Source of the DNA: Mobula hypostoma
Lineage: Eukaryota
Length of the DNA: 64,000 bases
Assembly (NCBI RefSeq): GCF_963921235.1
Contig: NC_086098.1
Location: forward strand, 8,804,001 to 8,868,000
Reading direction: 5' to 3'
Positions 25,975 through 39,619 of this stretch are shown piece by piece. Within the stretch, counting starts at the first letter, position 1; each line of letters starts with the position of its first letter. The notes under the pieces were generated by a model. The model searched no databases, had not been told where the DNA came from, and was given only the letters and a program-made list of their open reading frames with translations. Position numbers and translations under genes: made by a program.

Positions 25975-27147
25975 AGACAATAGACAATAGCTGCAGGAGT
26001 AGGCCATTCAGCCCTTCGAGCCAGCACCACCATTCACTGTGATCATGGCTGATTATCCGCAATCAGTACCCCGTTCCTGCCTTCTCCCTATATCCCTTCA
26101 CTCCACTCCACTATCTTTAAGAGCTCTATCTAACTCTTTCTTGAAAGAATCCAGGGAATTGGCCTCCACTGCCTTCTGAGGCAGAGCATTCCACAGAACC
26201 ACAACCTTCTGTGTGAAAAAGTTTTTCCTCAACGCCGTTCTAAATTGTCTACCCCTTATTCTTAAACTGTGGCCTCTGGTTCTGGACTCCCCCAACATCG
26301 GGAACATGTTTCCTGCCTCTAGCGTGTCCAATCCCTTAATAATCTTATATGTTTCAATCAGATCTCCTCTCATCCTTCTGAATTCTAGTGTATGCAACCC
26401 CAGTTGCTCCAATCTTTCAACATATGACAGTCCCGGGAATTAACCTTGTGAACCTATGCTGCACTCCTTCAATAGCTAGAATGTCCTTCCTCAAATTTGG
26501 AGACCAAAACTGTACACAATATTCCAGCTGTGGTCTCACCAGGGCCCTGTATAACTGCAGAAGGACCTCTTTGCTCCTATACTCAATTCCCCTGGTTCTG
26601 AAGGCCAGCATGCCATTAGCTTTCTTCACTGCCTGCTGTACCTGCATGCTTACTTTCAGTGACTGATGAACAAGGACACCTAGATCTTGTTGTACTTCTC
26701 CTTTTCCTAACTTGACACCATTCAGATAGTATCTGCCTTCCTGTTCTTGCTACCAAAGTGGATAACCTCACATTTATCCACTTTATTAGACTGCATCTGC
26801 CCATTCACCCAACCTGTCCAAGTCACCCTGCATTCTCATAACATCCTCCTCACATTTCACACTGCCACCCAGCTTTGTGTCATCTGCAAATTTGCTAATG
26901 TTACTTTTAATCCCTTCATCTAAATTATTAATGTATATTGTAAATAGCTGCGGGCCCAGCACCGAGCCTTGCGGTACCCCACTAGTCACTGCCTGCCATT
27001 CTGAAAAGGACCCATTAATCCCTACTCTTTGTTTCCTGTCTGCTAACCAATTTTCTATCCATGTCAGTACCCTACCCCCAATACTATTTGCTCTACTTTT
27101 GCACAATAACCTCCTCTGTGGGACCTTATCAAAGGCTTTCTGAAAGT
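25975..27147 (-). mobile_element. 5'-truncated CR1
   Basis: [32 protein letters not shown]; (ctattgt) tail; flanked by ccaat. Confidence 0.92.
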
Positions 27148-27189
27148 CCAATGTTGTCCAAGGGAAGGGCATTAGGACCCATACAGCTT

Positions 27190-27659
27190 AGAAACATAGA
27201 AAATAGGTGCAGGAGTAGGCCATTCGGCCCTTCAAGCCTGCACCGCCATTTATTATGATCATGGCTGATCATCCAACTCAGAACCCCGCCCCAGCCTTCC
27301 CTCCATACCCCATGACCCCCATAGCCACAAAGGCCATATCTAACTCCCTCTTAAATATAGCCAATGAACTGGCCTCAACTGTTTCCTGTGGCAGAGAATT
27401 CCACAGATTCACCACTCTCTGTGTGAAGAAGTTTTTCCTAATCTCGGTCCTAAAAGGCTTCCCCTCTATCCTCAAACTGTGGCCCCTCGTTCTGGACTTC
27501 CCCAACATCGGGAACAATCTTCCTGCATCTAGCCTGTCCAATCCCTTTAGGATTTTATACGCTTCAATCAGATTCCCCCCTCAATCTTCTAAATTCCAAC
27601 GAGTACAAGCCCAGTTCATCCAGTCTTTCTTCATATGAAAGTCCTACCATCCCAGGAAT
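27190..27659 (-). mobile_element. Young CR1 3' fragment (GGKAGAGF variant)
   Basis: ORF 27278-27541; ttctatgt tail; head-to-tail with the next copy. Confidence 0.9.
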
Positions 27660-28898
27660 ATAGAAACATAGAAAATAGGTGCAGGAGTAGGCCATTCGGC
27701 CCTTCGAGCCTGCACCGCCATTTATTATGATCATGGCTGATCATCCAACTCAGAACCCAGCCTTCCCTCCATACCCCCTGACCCCTGTAGCCACAAGGGC
27801 CATATCTAATTTCCTTTTAAACATAGCTAATGAACTGGCCTCAACAGTTTGCTGTGGCAGAGAATTCCACAGATTCACCACTCTCTGTGTGAAGAAGTTT
27901 TTCCTAACCTCGGTCCTAAAAGGCTTCCCCTCTATCCTCAAACTGTGACCCCTCGTTCTAGACCTCCCCTACATCGGGAACAATCTTCCTGCATCTAGCC
28001 TGTCCAATCCCTTTAGGATCTTATACGTTTCAATCAGATCCCCCCTCAATCTTCTAAATTCCAACGAGTACAAGCCCAGTTCATCCAGTCTTTCTTCATA
28101 TGAAAGACCTGCCATCCCAGGAATCAATCTGGTGAACCTTCTTTGTACTCCCTCTATGGCAAGGATGTCTTTCCTCAGATTAGGGGACCAAAACTGCACA
28201 CAATACTCCAGGTGTGGTCTCACCAAGGCCTTGTACAACTGCAGTAGTACCTCCCTGCTCCTGTACTCGAATCCTCTCGCTATAAATGCCAGCATACCAT
28301 TCGCCTTTTTCACCGCCTACTGTACCTGCATGCCCACTTTCAATGACTGGTGTATAATGACACCCAGGTCTCGTTGCACCTCCCCTTTTCCTAATCAGCC
28401 ATCATTCAGATAATAATCTGTTTTCCTATTTTTGCCACCAAAGTGGATAACTTCACATTTATCCACATTAAATTGCATCTGCCATGAATTTGCCCACTCA
28501 CCCAACCTATCCAAGTCACCCTGCATCCTCTTAGCATCCTCCTCACAGCTAACACTGCCACCCAGCTTCGTGTCATCTGCAAACTTGGAGATGCTGCTTT
28601 CAATTCCCTCATCCAAGTTATTAATATATATTGTAAACAACTGGAGTCCCAGCACTGAGCCTTGCGGTACCCCACTAGTCACCGCCTGCCATTCTGAAAA
28701 GGTCCCGTTTATTCCCACTCTTTGCTTCCTGTCTGCTAACCAATTCTCCACCCACACCAATACCTTACCCCCAATACCGTGTGCTTTAAGTTTGCACACT
28801 AATCTCCTGTGTGGGACCTTGTCAAAAGACTTTTGAAAATCCAAATATACCACATCTACTGGTTCTCCCCTATCCACTCTACTAGTTACATCCTCAAA
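27660..28898 (-). mobile_element. Young CR1, 5'-truncated (GGKAGF subfamily)
   Basis: ORFs 28395-28877, 27969-28313 and 27750-27941, nearly identical to the 57897-60656 protein. Confidence 0.93.
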
Positions 28899-30057
28899 AG
28901 CTTGGCACCAGTGTCGTCGCAGAGCACTGTGTGATTAAGTGCCTTGCTGAAGGACACAACACGTTGCCTCGGCTGGGGCTCGAACTCACGACCTTCGGAT
29001 CGCTAGTCCAATGCCTTAACCACTTGGCCACGTGCCCACACGGAAGAGATCAAAGAGCCACTTAAGCGTTTTCTACTAAACTGGGCTTTTGCATGTTTAT
29101 TATGGTGTTTGTTCAGAAATCCAGTTTAATAATTTGCAATGGTAAAAAAATGACTGTCAACATTTGGTGGCTAATTTACTAACCTATTGTATTATATGTT
29201 GTGAGAGCTTGCACTCGTGATCAAAAGATGCTGGTCACAATGAAAGGTTAGTAATTGCGACAGTGCTTCATTTTTATCAAAAAGTACTCTGTGGTTTGTT
29301 ATTGGGAAGTTCTAAATCTTCACGAAAATGATGCAGTATGTCAGTTAACACAGTGAAAGTAATTACACCAAGGAATAACCTTAGCGGTTTATCAATACCA
29401 TAATCCTTGAGCAATGAAAAGAAAATTCTAATTATCTGATGAGGATCCACCAGTGTGTATTCTTTACAATAAAGAGAAAGCCACATAATAATAACCTTGA
29501 AGTTTCAATTTTACATCATTGCTCGACGTTGTTTGATTGTGAAAGACGCATTTAAAAGAAAAAACCCACTGAATTTTGGTCAGATTTTACTTTGCTTAAC
29601 TCATAGTGAAAATCTAATTTGTTAATTCCGGAATTAACCAAAGTACACGCAATATCAGAGGCTGAGGCTCAGTTTCATTTTGGGTTTTTTTCGGTCCTGC
29701 GTTATAGAAATGTACAGTACACACGCAAGTGTAGTTATTTTACCCAGCCAGTCCACACTGGCATTTGTGTTAAGAAGCAAAATGATAGGACTCAGCTCTT
29801 TGCATTGCTACCTCCAGGGAGGAGGTACAGGAGCCTGAAGGCACACACTCAGTGATTCAGGAACAGCTTCTTCCCCTCTGCCATCCGATTTCTGAATGGA
29901 TATTGAACCAATGAGCACAACCGCACTATGTTTATTCCCCTCTTTTATGTATATATACTTAATTTAATTATCAGTTTTATTGTTGTGTACTACTGCTACG
30001 TAACAAGTTTCACGACGTATGCCAGTTTATTAAACCTGAATCTGATTCTGATTAATA

Positions 30058-30375
30058 GGCCATAAGACATGGAAGCAGATTTAAGCCATTCAGCCCATCA
30101 AGTCTGCTCCACAATTCCATCATCACTAATTTAGTATCCTTCATAACATCATTCTCATGTATTTTCCCTATAATGTTTGGTGCCCTTACTATTCAAGAAC
30201 CTATTAATGTCTGCTTTAAATATACCCAATGACTTGCCCTCCTTAGCCATCTGTGGCAATGAATTCCACAGCTTCACCACCTTCTGACTAAGAAATTCCT
30301 CATCATCTCTGTTCTAAAGGGACGTCCTTCCGTTCTGAAGCTGTGCCCACTGGTCCTAGACTCTCCCACTATAGA
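30058..30375 (-). mobile_element. Old CR1 3' fragment
   Basis: ccataagacatggaagcag... tail and ctgtggcaatgaattccaca motif shared with other CR1 ends. Confidence 0.7.
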
Positions 30376-31401
30376 ACACATGACAATGCTTTGCTGTGAG
30401 CTTGCTACTGATACTTTATTACGGTAACCTGATAATTAAAAAGCTGGAACTTTGATGCCAAATGCCATGGTGAATGCCACATTTCTATGTTTTCCCAAAG
30501 GAAAAGAAGAGGAAGAAATATATAGATGATTAAGGAATCATCAAATTGCAAAATAAATTTATTATCAATGTATATGTCACCATGTACTTCTCTGAGATTC
30601 ATTTTCTTGCAGGCATTCACTGTAGAGTGAAGAGATCCAATAGAATCAATGAAAAACTACATGCAAAGACTGAAAAACCACCAACATGCAAAAGAAGACA
30701 AAACATACAAATATTTTTAAAAATTAATAATAATAATAATACTGAACAGTGAGTCCATAAGTTGTGTGTCCCATCTTCCCCATGGCTGCAGTGAGAAAAG
30801 AACATGGTCTGGGTAGTGAGGGTCCTTCAAGATGGTTGCTAGTTTCTTGTGGAAGCTCTCCTTGTAGATGTGATGGTAGGAAGGGCTTTTCCTGTGATGG
30901 ACTGTGCTGTATCCATTACTTTTTGTAGGCTTTTCCATCCATGGTCATTGGTGTTTCCATACCAGGTTGTGATGCAACCAGTCAGCATCTACAGAGGTTT
31001 GTCAGAGTTGATGTGCTGACAGAGGTGCTGCTGTGCCTTCTTTGTAATGCCACTTACGCACTGGTCCCAGGACAGATCCTCTGAATGATAGCACCAAGGA
31101 ATCTAACGATATTGACCCTCTCCACCTCTGATCCCCTGATGGTGACTTACTCATAGACCTCTGGTTTCCTCCTCTAGTCATTGAGTATTTCCCTATGCTA
31201 CCTTGGCCGCTCTTCACTATCATTCAGTTGCTACTTCTATTGATGTGTAGCTCGCTCTGATCTGCCAGAATCCCAGCAGATTGCAGTGCATCATGGTGGT
31301 ACTTTAGCCGTAATTTATTATTTGAGGTTCACCATTCTTATGATATGCGTATATAAATAAATATTCCTAATATTGCAAATGTACATTCATTCCTGCCATG
31401 T

Positions 31402-32252
31402 AGTCATAGTCATAGTCATACTTTATTGATCCCGGGGGAAATTGGTTTTCGTTACAGTTGCACCATAAATAATTAAAAAGTAATAAAACCATAAATAATT
31501 AAATAGTAATATGTAAATTATGCCAGGAAATAAGTCCAGGACCAGCCTATTAGCTCAGGGTGTCTGACCCTCCAAGGGAGGAGTTGTAAAGTTTGATGGC
31601 CACAGGCAGGAATGACTTCCTATGACGCTCTGTGTTGCATCTCGGTGGAATGAGTCTCTGGCTGAATGTACTCCTGTGCCCAACCAGTACATTATGTAGT
31701 GGATGGGAGACATTGTCCAAGATGGCATGCAACTTGGACAGCATCCTCTTTTCAGACACCACCGTGAGAGAGTCCAGTTCCATCCCCACAACATCACTGG
31801 CCTTATGAATAAGTTTGTTGATTCTGTTGGTGTCTGCTACCCTCAGCCTGCTGCCTCAGCACACAACAGCAAACATGATTGCACTGGCCACCACAGACTC
31901 GTAGACCTTCCTCAGCATCGTCCGGCAGATGTTAAAGGATCTCAGTCTCCTCAGAAAATAGAGGCAGCTCTGTCCCTTCTTGTAGACAGCCTCAGAGTTC
32001 TTTAACCAGTCAAGTTTATTGTCAATTCGTATGCCCAGGTATTTGTAATCCTCCACCATGTCCACACCGACCCCCTGGATGGAAACATGGGTCACCAGTG
32101 CCTTAGCTCTCCTCAGGTCTACCACCAGCTCCTTAGTCTTTTTCACATTAAGCTGCAGATAATTCTGCTCACACCATGTGACAAAGTTTCCTACCGTAGC
32201 CCTGTACTCAGCCTCATCTCCCTTACTGATGCATCCAACTATGGCAGAGTCA
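31402..32252 (-). mobile_element. Rex1/Babar LINE 3' fragment
   Basis: ORFs KKTKELVVDLRR, YKYLGIRIDNKLDW, LRRLRSFNIC and SFLPVAIKLYN; (tatgac)n tail after aataaag. Confidence 0.88.
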
Positions 32253-32254
32253 TG

Positions 32255-32870
32255 ATACTGAAAAACTAATTCATGCCCTTATGTCAAATGGACTATGCAC
32301 TTTTTTACTGGCTTTCCAAAGCAATCTATTGATAAACTTCCAACTCATTCCGAACACCACTGCTAGACTTTTAACCAAAACCAGGATGAAGGAACTTCTG
32401 TACTAGCTATAATGCATTGGGTTCCTCTATCTTTTAGAATTGATTTTAAATTTCTCTTACTTGTTTTTAAAGCTCTCTGTGATCTGGGACCAGAGTACCT
32501 TACAGAATTGTTCTCACTTTATAATCCTGCTCGAGCTCTCAGGTCTTTTCCCACCGGTCTCTTAAATTTAAACAATCCCCCTCAAAAGAAAATGGTGAGG
32601 TCAGGTTTTTTTTTAAACTAGGCTCCTAAACTGTAGAAATAAATATCAAAAACTATAAGGGATGCAGACTCAGTTGACACTTTTAAACACTACCTCAAAA
32701 CCTATTTATTGAACCTTGATTTGAACCAACATCATTTTGCCTTTTATTTTCATGTTTTTTTTTGTTTTTTTTTTAATTTTCATGTTTGCATTTCATTCCA
32801 TTATAAAGCACTTTGATCTACATCCTCTGTAAGGAAAGTGCTCTATATGTAAGTTATTATTGTTATTAAT
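32255..32870 (+). mobile_element. L2 LINE 3' fragment
   Basis: HWVPLSFRIDFKFLLLVFKAL...P.RALRS is a typical L2 C-terminus; tail aaagcactttg...aaagtgctctata...ttattatt. Confidence 0.8.
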
Positions 32871-34028
32871 AACTTTGATTTCACAATCTATGTGTATCAA
32901 ATTTTTACCTGGCACATAAATTAACTCAATTTCTCCACATCCATTTCTTTGTCTTTATTTCATTATTTTGGCACCAGTTTTGTGCTCTTGATTATTTGTA
33001 CATAGAAGTTGAAGTTAGTTTCTTTGGATGTTTCCAGGACCATAAAACATGGGAGCAGAATTAAGCCATTTGGCCCATCGAGTCTGCTCCACCATTTCAT
33101 CATGGCTGTTCTACTTCACTCTCAACCCCATCCTCTGCCTTCTCCCCGTAACATTTTATGGACACCTTAGTCTTATGTTATTTTGATCTAGTTATTGCTT
33201 CAAACAGCCATATCTCCATGCGACTTGAACACATTTCTGTTAAACGTTGATGCATAGTTTCTCAGACAAAAGGTTTATCTATTTATGTTTAGCTATTTTG
33301 AGAGTCCAGGGCCGAGGACTGGAGGCCCAGAGGCAGTCTGTCCTATGGGTGGAAAAGCCTGTCTGTGTGTGTGAATGGTGGGTGGGTGGGAAGGTGGGGA
33401 AGGGGCTTGTTTTGTTGTGTTGTTTCTTGTTGCTGCTTATTTAGTTGTGCAGAACATTGTGGGCATGCGATGCTGGCGCTGGAATATGTGGCAACGCTTG
33501 CGGGCTGCCCCCAGCACATCCTTGGTTGTTAATGCAAATGACACATTTCACTGCATATTTTGATATGCACATCATAAATAAATCTGAATTTGAGAATGTG
33601 TTTGAGTTTCTTCCAGTCTTCCAAAGTCCCAAATTGCTCAACATTTCCCGATAGGTGTCTTCTTAATTTTGATGTCAACTTTTGAAACTTATGTGTATTT
33701 TTTTTCCCAAAAGTCCTTTTCAGAGCAACTGGTCTGTCTACCAGTGTGTATGTAATTTTAGCATTGCTTTCCCATTCAAATCATGTCAAATCATAGTATT
33801 CACAGATTCTGGCCTCTTTTTTATACAAATTTCAGGTTTAATTTTAATTGTTATTCAACTATGCATATGAATAAAGCCAAAGAAAACAGCCCCTTGGGGG
33901 CCAAGGTGCAAAACACAGAACTAACATGCACAGCACACAGTAGCTCATGTCCCTAAGTGTCATGGCCTGTAGATTAATGATGCATGGGATATTGACTTGG
34001 AGCCAGATTTCTGCAAGAGCAAATGTGC

Positions 34029-34660
34029 AGCAAGAGGATTCGAGTACAAGAGCAGGGAGCTTCTACTGCAGTTGTACAAGGCCTTGGTGAGACCACACCT
34101 GGAGTATTGTGTGCAGTTTTGGTCCCCTAATCTGAGGAAAGACATTCTTGCCATAGAGGGAGTACAAAGAAGGTTCACCAGATTGATTCCTGGGATGGCA
34201 GGACTTTCATATGATGAAAGACTGGATCAACTAGGCTTATACTCATTGGAATTTAGAAGATTGAGGGGGGATCTTATTGAAACGTATAAAATCCTAAAGG
34301 GATTGAACAAGCTAGATGCAGGAAGATTGTTCCCGATGTTGGGGAAGTCCAGAACGAGGGGTCACAGTTTGAGGATAAAGGGGAAGCCTTTTAGGACCGA
34401 GATTAGGAAAAACTTCTTCACACAGAGAGTGGTGAATCTGTGGAATTCTCTGCCACAGGAAACAGTTGAGGCCAGTTCACTGGCTATATTTAAGAGGGAG
34501 TTAGATATGGCCCTTGTGGCTAAAGGGATCAGGGGGTATGGAGAGAAGGCAGGTACAGAGTTCTGGGTTGGATGATCAGCCATGATCATACTGAATGGCG
34601 GTGCAGGCTCGAAGGGCCAAACGGCCTACTCCTGCACCGATTTTCTATGTTTCTATGTCT
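34029..34660 (+). mobile_element. CR1 3' fragment (sister subfamily, GEKAGTEFWVG end)
   Basis: ORF 33997-34575 from ARGFEYK onward; ttctatgt tail. Confidence 0.9.
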
Positions 34661-34684
34661 CTAATTAAAAACTAATCAATAAGT

Positions 34685-35085
34685 TCCTTGACCTTGGCCT
34701 CAGTACCTCCTTGTGCAATTGTATCCTTGATTTCCTCCTTTGCAGATTCCAGTCAGTTTGGATTGGCAACAACATCTCCAGCAGCACAGGTGCACCCCAG
34801 GGCTGTGTGCGTAGCCCACTATACTCACTTTACGCTTATGGCAGTGAGGCTAAGCACAGCTCCAATGCCATATTTAAGTTTGCTGATGGCACCACTGTCG
34901 TTGGCCCAATCAAATGTGACGAATCAGCAAATAGGAGGGAGATTGAAAATCTGGTTGAATGGTGAAACCTCTTACTCAATATCAGCAAGACCAAGGAGCT
35001 GATTATTGACTTTAGAAGGAGAAAGATAGAGGTCCATGGGCCAGTACTCACTGGGTGGTTAGAGGTGGAGAGGAGGTCGTCAACA
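34685..35085 (+). mobile_element. Old Rex1-like RT fragment
   Basis: [16 protein letters not shown] and [11 protein letters not shown]. Confidence 0.7.
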
Positions 35086-35681
35086 TCATCATCATCATCA
35101 AGCTGGTACACGTTGCCCAAGGGTGACAGAAGGGAGAAGCACCTCCAGAAGTGGTTGAGACAGGTTTGATGTTGTCGTTTAAAGTTAAATTGGATAGATA
35201 TATGGACAGGAAAGGAATAGAGGGTTATGGGCTGAGTGCAAGTCAGTGGGACTAGGTGAGAGTAAGAGTTCCACATGGACTAGACGGGCCGAGATGGCCT
35301 GTTTCCGTACTGTAATTGTTATATGGTTATATGGTTGTAAGTTTCTCAGTAATGTATAAAAGGGCTCGTATTTACAGACTGTTCTATTTTATTTTAATTA
35401 AATTGACAACTGACAGCTCTACTCCTGACTCCATATCAACTGAGAAAACATTCTCTGATGTCATTGCTCCTTTTGAATATTGTTTATATTGCAGAGCCAA
35501 CCATCTGCCGTGAAGAACCAGTACTATGGCATCAACCTTTCAAAGCAGGGCCTTGCGTGACTTTTCAGATTATTTATAAGGTGTGTCTCGTCTTTATAAA
35601 ATCCTTTTCAAAAAAAGCAATATCTGTTTAGTACAACTTTTAAAAGAAGCCCCCAATTAGATTTTCTCAAAAGAAGGTACA

Positions 35682-35997
35682 GATGTTGGGGAGGTCCAGA
35701 ACGAGGGGTCACAGTTTGAGGATAGAGGGGAAGCCTTTTAGGACCGAGATTAGGAAAAACTTCTTCACACAGAGAGTGGTGAATCTGTGGAATTCTCTGC
35801 CACAGCAAACTGTTGAGGCCGGTTCATTGGCTGTGTTTAAGAGGAAGTTAGATATGGCCCTTGTGGCTACAGGGGTCAGGGGGTATGCAGGGAAGGCTGG
35901 GTTCTGAGTTGGATGATCAGCCATGATCATAATAAATGGCGGTGCAGGCTCGAAGGGCCGAATGGCCTACTCCTGCACCTATTTTCTATGTTTCTAT
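35682..35997 (+). mobile_element. Young CR1 3' fragment
   Basis: ORF 35683-35907 ending AGKAGF; ttctatgtttctat tail. Confidence 0.9.
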
Positions 35998-36009
35998 AAT
36001 GAGAGTTAT

Positions 36010-36795
36010 AGGCATATTAGCCTTCAATACTCAAAGTATTGAGGACAGGAGTTGTAATGTTATATTGAAATTGTACTAAGACATTGATGAGGCCTGATTT
36101 GGAGTATTGTGTCCAGTTCCACAAGAAAGATATCAATAAGATCTGAAAGAGTGCAAGGAAAATTTACAAGGATATTGCTAGGACTTGAGGACCTGAGTTC
36201 TCGGGAAAGGTTGACTAGGTTAGGATATTATTCCCTGGAGTGCAAAAGAACGAGGTGAGACCTGATAGAAATAGAGATATCTAATTATGATTTGGTATAC
36301 ATAGGGGAAATGCAAGTCATTTTTTTCCCCCCACAGAGATTGGGTGAGACTAGAACTAGAGGTCATGGTTTATGGGTGAATGTTTAAGGGGGAACATGAG
36401 GGGTAATTTCTTCATTCAGAGGGCAGTTGAGAGTGTGGGATGAACTGCTAGCGTAAGTGTTGGATGTGGGTTTGATTGCACCATAGAACACAGAGTACAG
36501 CACAGAAACAGGCCATTCACCCCAGTGTTGTGGCATCAGCTTAAAAAGCAAATCAAAAACTCCCAAACACTAATCCATGTTCATACCCCTCCATCTTCAT
36601 TACATCCATGTGCCTATCCAATCATCTCTTAAAAGCCTCAAAGGTATTTTTTAAGAGAAATTTGAATAAGTACATGGATGGGAGGGGTATGAAGGACTAT
36701 GGTCCAGATGCAGATCGAAGGGATTAGGCAAGATAATAGTTTGGCATGGACTACTCCATGGGCCTGTTTCTGTGCTGTAATGTTCTATGACTCTG
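36010..36795 (+). mobile_element. Old CR1 3' portion with an antisense CR1 tail nested at about 36483-36648
   Basis: ggagtattgtgtccagttc and tail gggcctgtttctgtgctgtaatgttctatg; the insert matches 3625-3835. Confidence 0.65.
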
Positions 36796-37126
36796 ACTTT
36801 ATGTTTCTATAAGATATGAAATTGAACTAATTTATCATCGTTATTTTGGTCTAAAGTGAGCAACTAGAGGAGAGTGTTATATAGTTCATTAACAGTTCTA
36901 CTTGACGGGGTTAAATGGATAAGCAAACAGTGCAGGTACCTGTTAGTAGAAAGATCAACAACCACAAAACATGTTGATTTAAGTGATTTGTCTCGCTCCT
37001 TGCAATTTATATGCCAATCTCCAAAAATATTGTTTCCAATCTTTCACAACTGAAAACGCCAAGTTCTATTATGCAAGCAACACATCTGCCTCAGCGACAA
37101 AATACTTTGCATGCTGATTTGAAGCG

Positions 37127-37682
37127 TATTGTGTGCAGTTTTGGTCCCCTAATCTGAGGAAAGACATCTTTGCCATAGAGGGAGTACAAAGAAGGTTCAC
37201 CAGATTGATTCCTGGGATGGCAGGTCTTTCATATGAAGAAAGACTGGATGAACTGGGCTTGTACTCGTTGGAATTTAGAAGATTGAGGGGGGATCTGATT
37301 GAAACGTATAAGATCCTAAAGGGATTGGACAGGCTAGATGCGGGAAGATTGTTCCCGATGTTGGGGAGGTCTGGAACGAGGGGTCACAGTTTGAGGATAG
37401 AGGGGAAGCCTTTTAGGACCGAGGTTAGGAAAAACTTCTTCACACAGAGAGTGGTGAATCTGTGGAATTCTCTGCCACAGCAAACTGTTGAGGCCAGTTC
37501 ATTAGCTATGTTTAAAAGGAAGTTAGATATGGCCCTTGTGGCTACAGGGGTCAGGGGGTATGGAGGGAAGGCTGGGTTCTGAGTTGGATGATCAGCCATG
37601 ATCATAATAAATGGCGGTGCAGGCTCGAAGGGCCGAATGGCCTACTCCTGCACCTATTTTCTATGTTTCTATATGTTTCTAT
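37127..37682 (+). mobile_element. Young CR1 3' fragment (GGKAGF subfamily)
   Basis: ORF 37133-37582 almost identical to the 57897-60656 C-terminus. Confidence 0.92.
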
Positions 37683-38059
37683 AACAATGCAGAATATCCT
37701 CAATGTAAACTTGTTGATTCTTGATTGAATTTGAACTACTGAAGAAAAAATGAGTCAAATGCAACTAATACTAAGACAAAATAGTCACAGTTACAACACC
37801 TTTGCGATCTGGACCAATCTTACTATCCTCATATGTGAACAACAAAAGAGGATTTCAGTGCGATGGTTACTACTTGATTGGGCTTTATTTGTCACATGTG
37901 CATCAAAAAAGTGAAAGGCATTGTTCTGAGTGAAAACAAATCAGCAAAAATTGTGCTGGGCAGCCCGCAAGTGTTGCCATGCTTCTGGTGCCAACATAGC
38001 ATGCCCACAACTCACCAACCCTAACCTATACATCTTTGGGAGGAAGGTAGAGCACTCAG

Positions 38060-38530
38060 AGTCATAGTCATATTAGTTATACTTTATTGATCCTGGGGGA
38101 AATTGGCTTTCATTACAGTTGCACCATAAATAATTAAATATTAATAGAACCATAAATAGTTAAATAGTAATATGTAAATTATGCCAGGAAATAAGGCCAG
38201 GACCAGCCTATTGGCTCAGGGTGTCTGACCCTCCAGGGGAGGAGTTGTAAAGTTCGGTGGCCACAGGCAGGAATGACTTCCTATGACGCTCTGTGCTGCA
38301 TCTCGGTGGAATGAGTCTCTGGCTGAATGTAATCCTGTGCCCACCCAGTACATTATGTAGTGGATGGGAGATATTGTTCAAGATGGCATGCAACTTGGAC
38401 AGCATCCTCTTTTCAGACACCATCGTCAGAGAGTCCAGTTCCATCCCCACAACATCACTGGCCTTACGAATGAGATTGTTGATCCTGCTGCCCCAGCACA
38501 CAACAGCAAACATGATAGCACTGGCCACCA
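38060..38530 (-). mobile_element. Rex1/Babar LINE 3' fragment with internal deletion
   Basis: ASAIMFAVVCWGSRINNLIRKAS lacks LRVEDTNR present in the 52255-52773 copy; tatgac tail. Confidence 0.85.
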
Positions 38531-39619
38531 GAGGAAACGGACATTGCAGACAGAATGTGCAAACTCCTTATGAACAGCAGTAGGAATCAAACTCCGAGCT
38601 TACATTGCACTAATGGCAATGCTGCCATGTTGCCTCTCGACTTCTTTTCTCATTCAGAAGTGACAGCAGTTCTGAAGAGACCAGGTTACTTTGGAATGGA
38701 GCTAAGGTATTTTCACCAAACAAAGAGCATAGTTACTTGTTTGAAGTGTTCCTTCCAGTAAGCATTAACTACTGCACTGATGAATTCACCTCTGTTCTTG
38801 TTGCCTCTCAGTGGGTTTAGGGCTTGGATTTCTGGTTTGGAACGTAGATGGCCTTGGCAACGCAGAAGAATCTCAGCAGTCATGGATGCCATTGAGCCTC
38901 TCATTACCTTTCTGACCACTGTCCATTCCTTTCATTATATTTTTTCCTCTGGTGGATTTGTGTCTTCAGATACCAGTAGAACTGTTCCTCTTCCCTTGTC
39001 GAATGACCTGATCCAGGAACATGTGTTTACCGCTAATTAACTTTTAACTTTCCTGTTCGTTGTTAACAACGCAATCCTCCAATTCTTAGTAGAGTAATAA
39101 GGTGCCAATTACAGCAGGGTTAGAGGCCATCCATAAGCTATGAATGCTTTTTCTCTTTGGTAGGTTAGCCTGAAATGATTTCCAAATTCAAATATTTTTT
39201 GAAGGAAATGCAAGTTAATGGTGATAGACTTTCCCAGGTCAGTGTAACCAATATTGAGACCCAGTTACATTCAGGCAGTGTTATAGCACTTTGGAGTTTG
39301 GAGTTTAATTCCAGTGCCGTCTATAAGGAGTTTTTACGTTCTTCTTGTGATCTGCATGGGTTTTCTCCAGGTTCTCTAGTTTCCTCCTACCAGTTAGTGG
39401 GTTAATTGTCCTGTGATTAGGCCAGTGTTAATTAGGTGGGTTGCTGGGTGTTGTGGCAGATTGGGCTGGAAGGAGCTGTTCTATGCTGTATCTCTAAATA
39501 AATATGCCAACACCTGACTCCTGAAACAGCAATTCTATTCTCAGGACTTTCAAGGGCAGGGATAGGATGGACAGAAGGGAAATATTCAAGTTTGTTCTCA
39601 ATGTTCTGGTTAGAAAATG

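Larger units (their letters stand above)
25838..29037 (-). mobile_element. tRNA-head SINE split into three pieces (about 25838-25974, 27148-27189, 28899-29037) by CR1 insertions
   Basis: Head with A box tggccaagtgg and B box gagttcgagcc, CORE-like gtgtccttcagcaaggcacttaa, RTE-like tail; pieces rejoin across ccaat and agctt duplications. Confidence 0.75.

Noticed and set aside
28966..29037. tRNA gene
   Set aside because: Acceptor and T stems do not pair well and it runs into a SINE body; it is a SINE head.
38590..39170. Possible hidden exon or old coding remnant (ORFs 38713-38919, 38780-39040)
   Set aside because: No recognisable motif or convincing splice pair; left unassigned.
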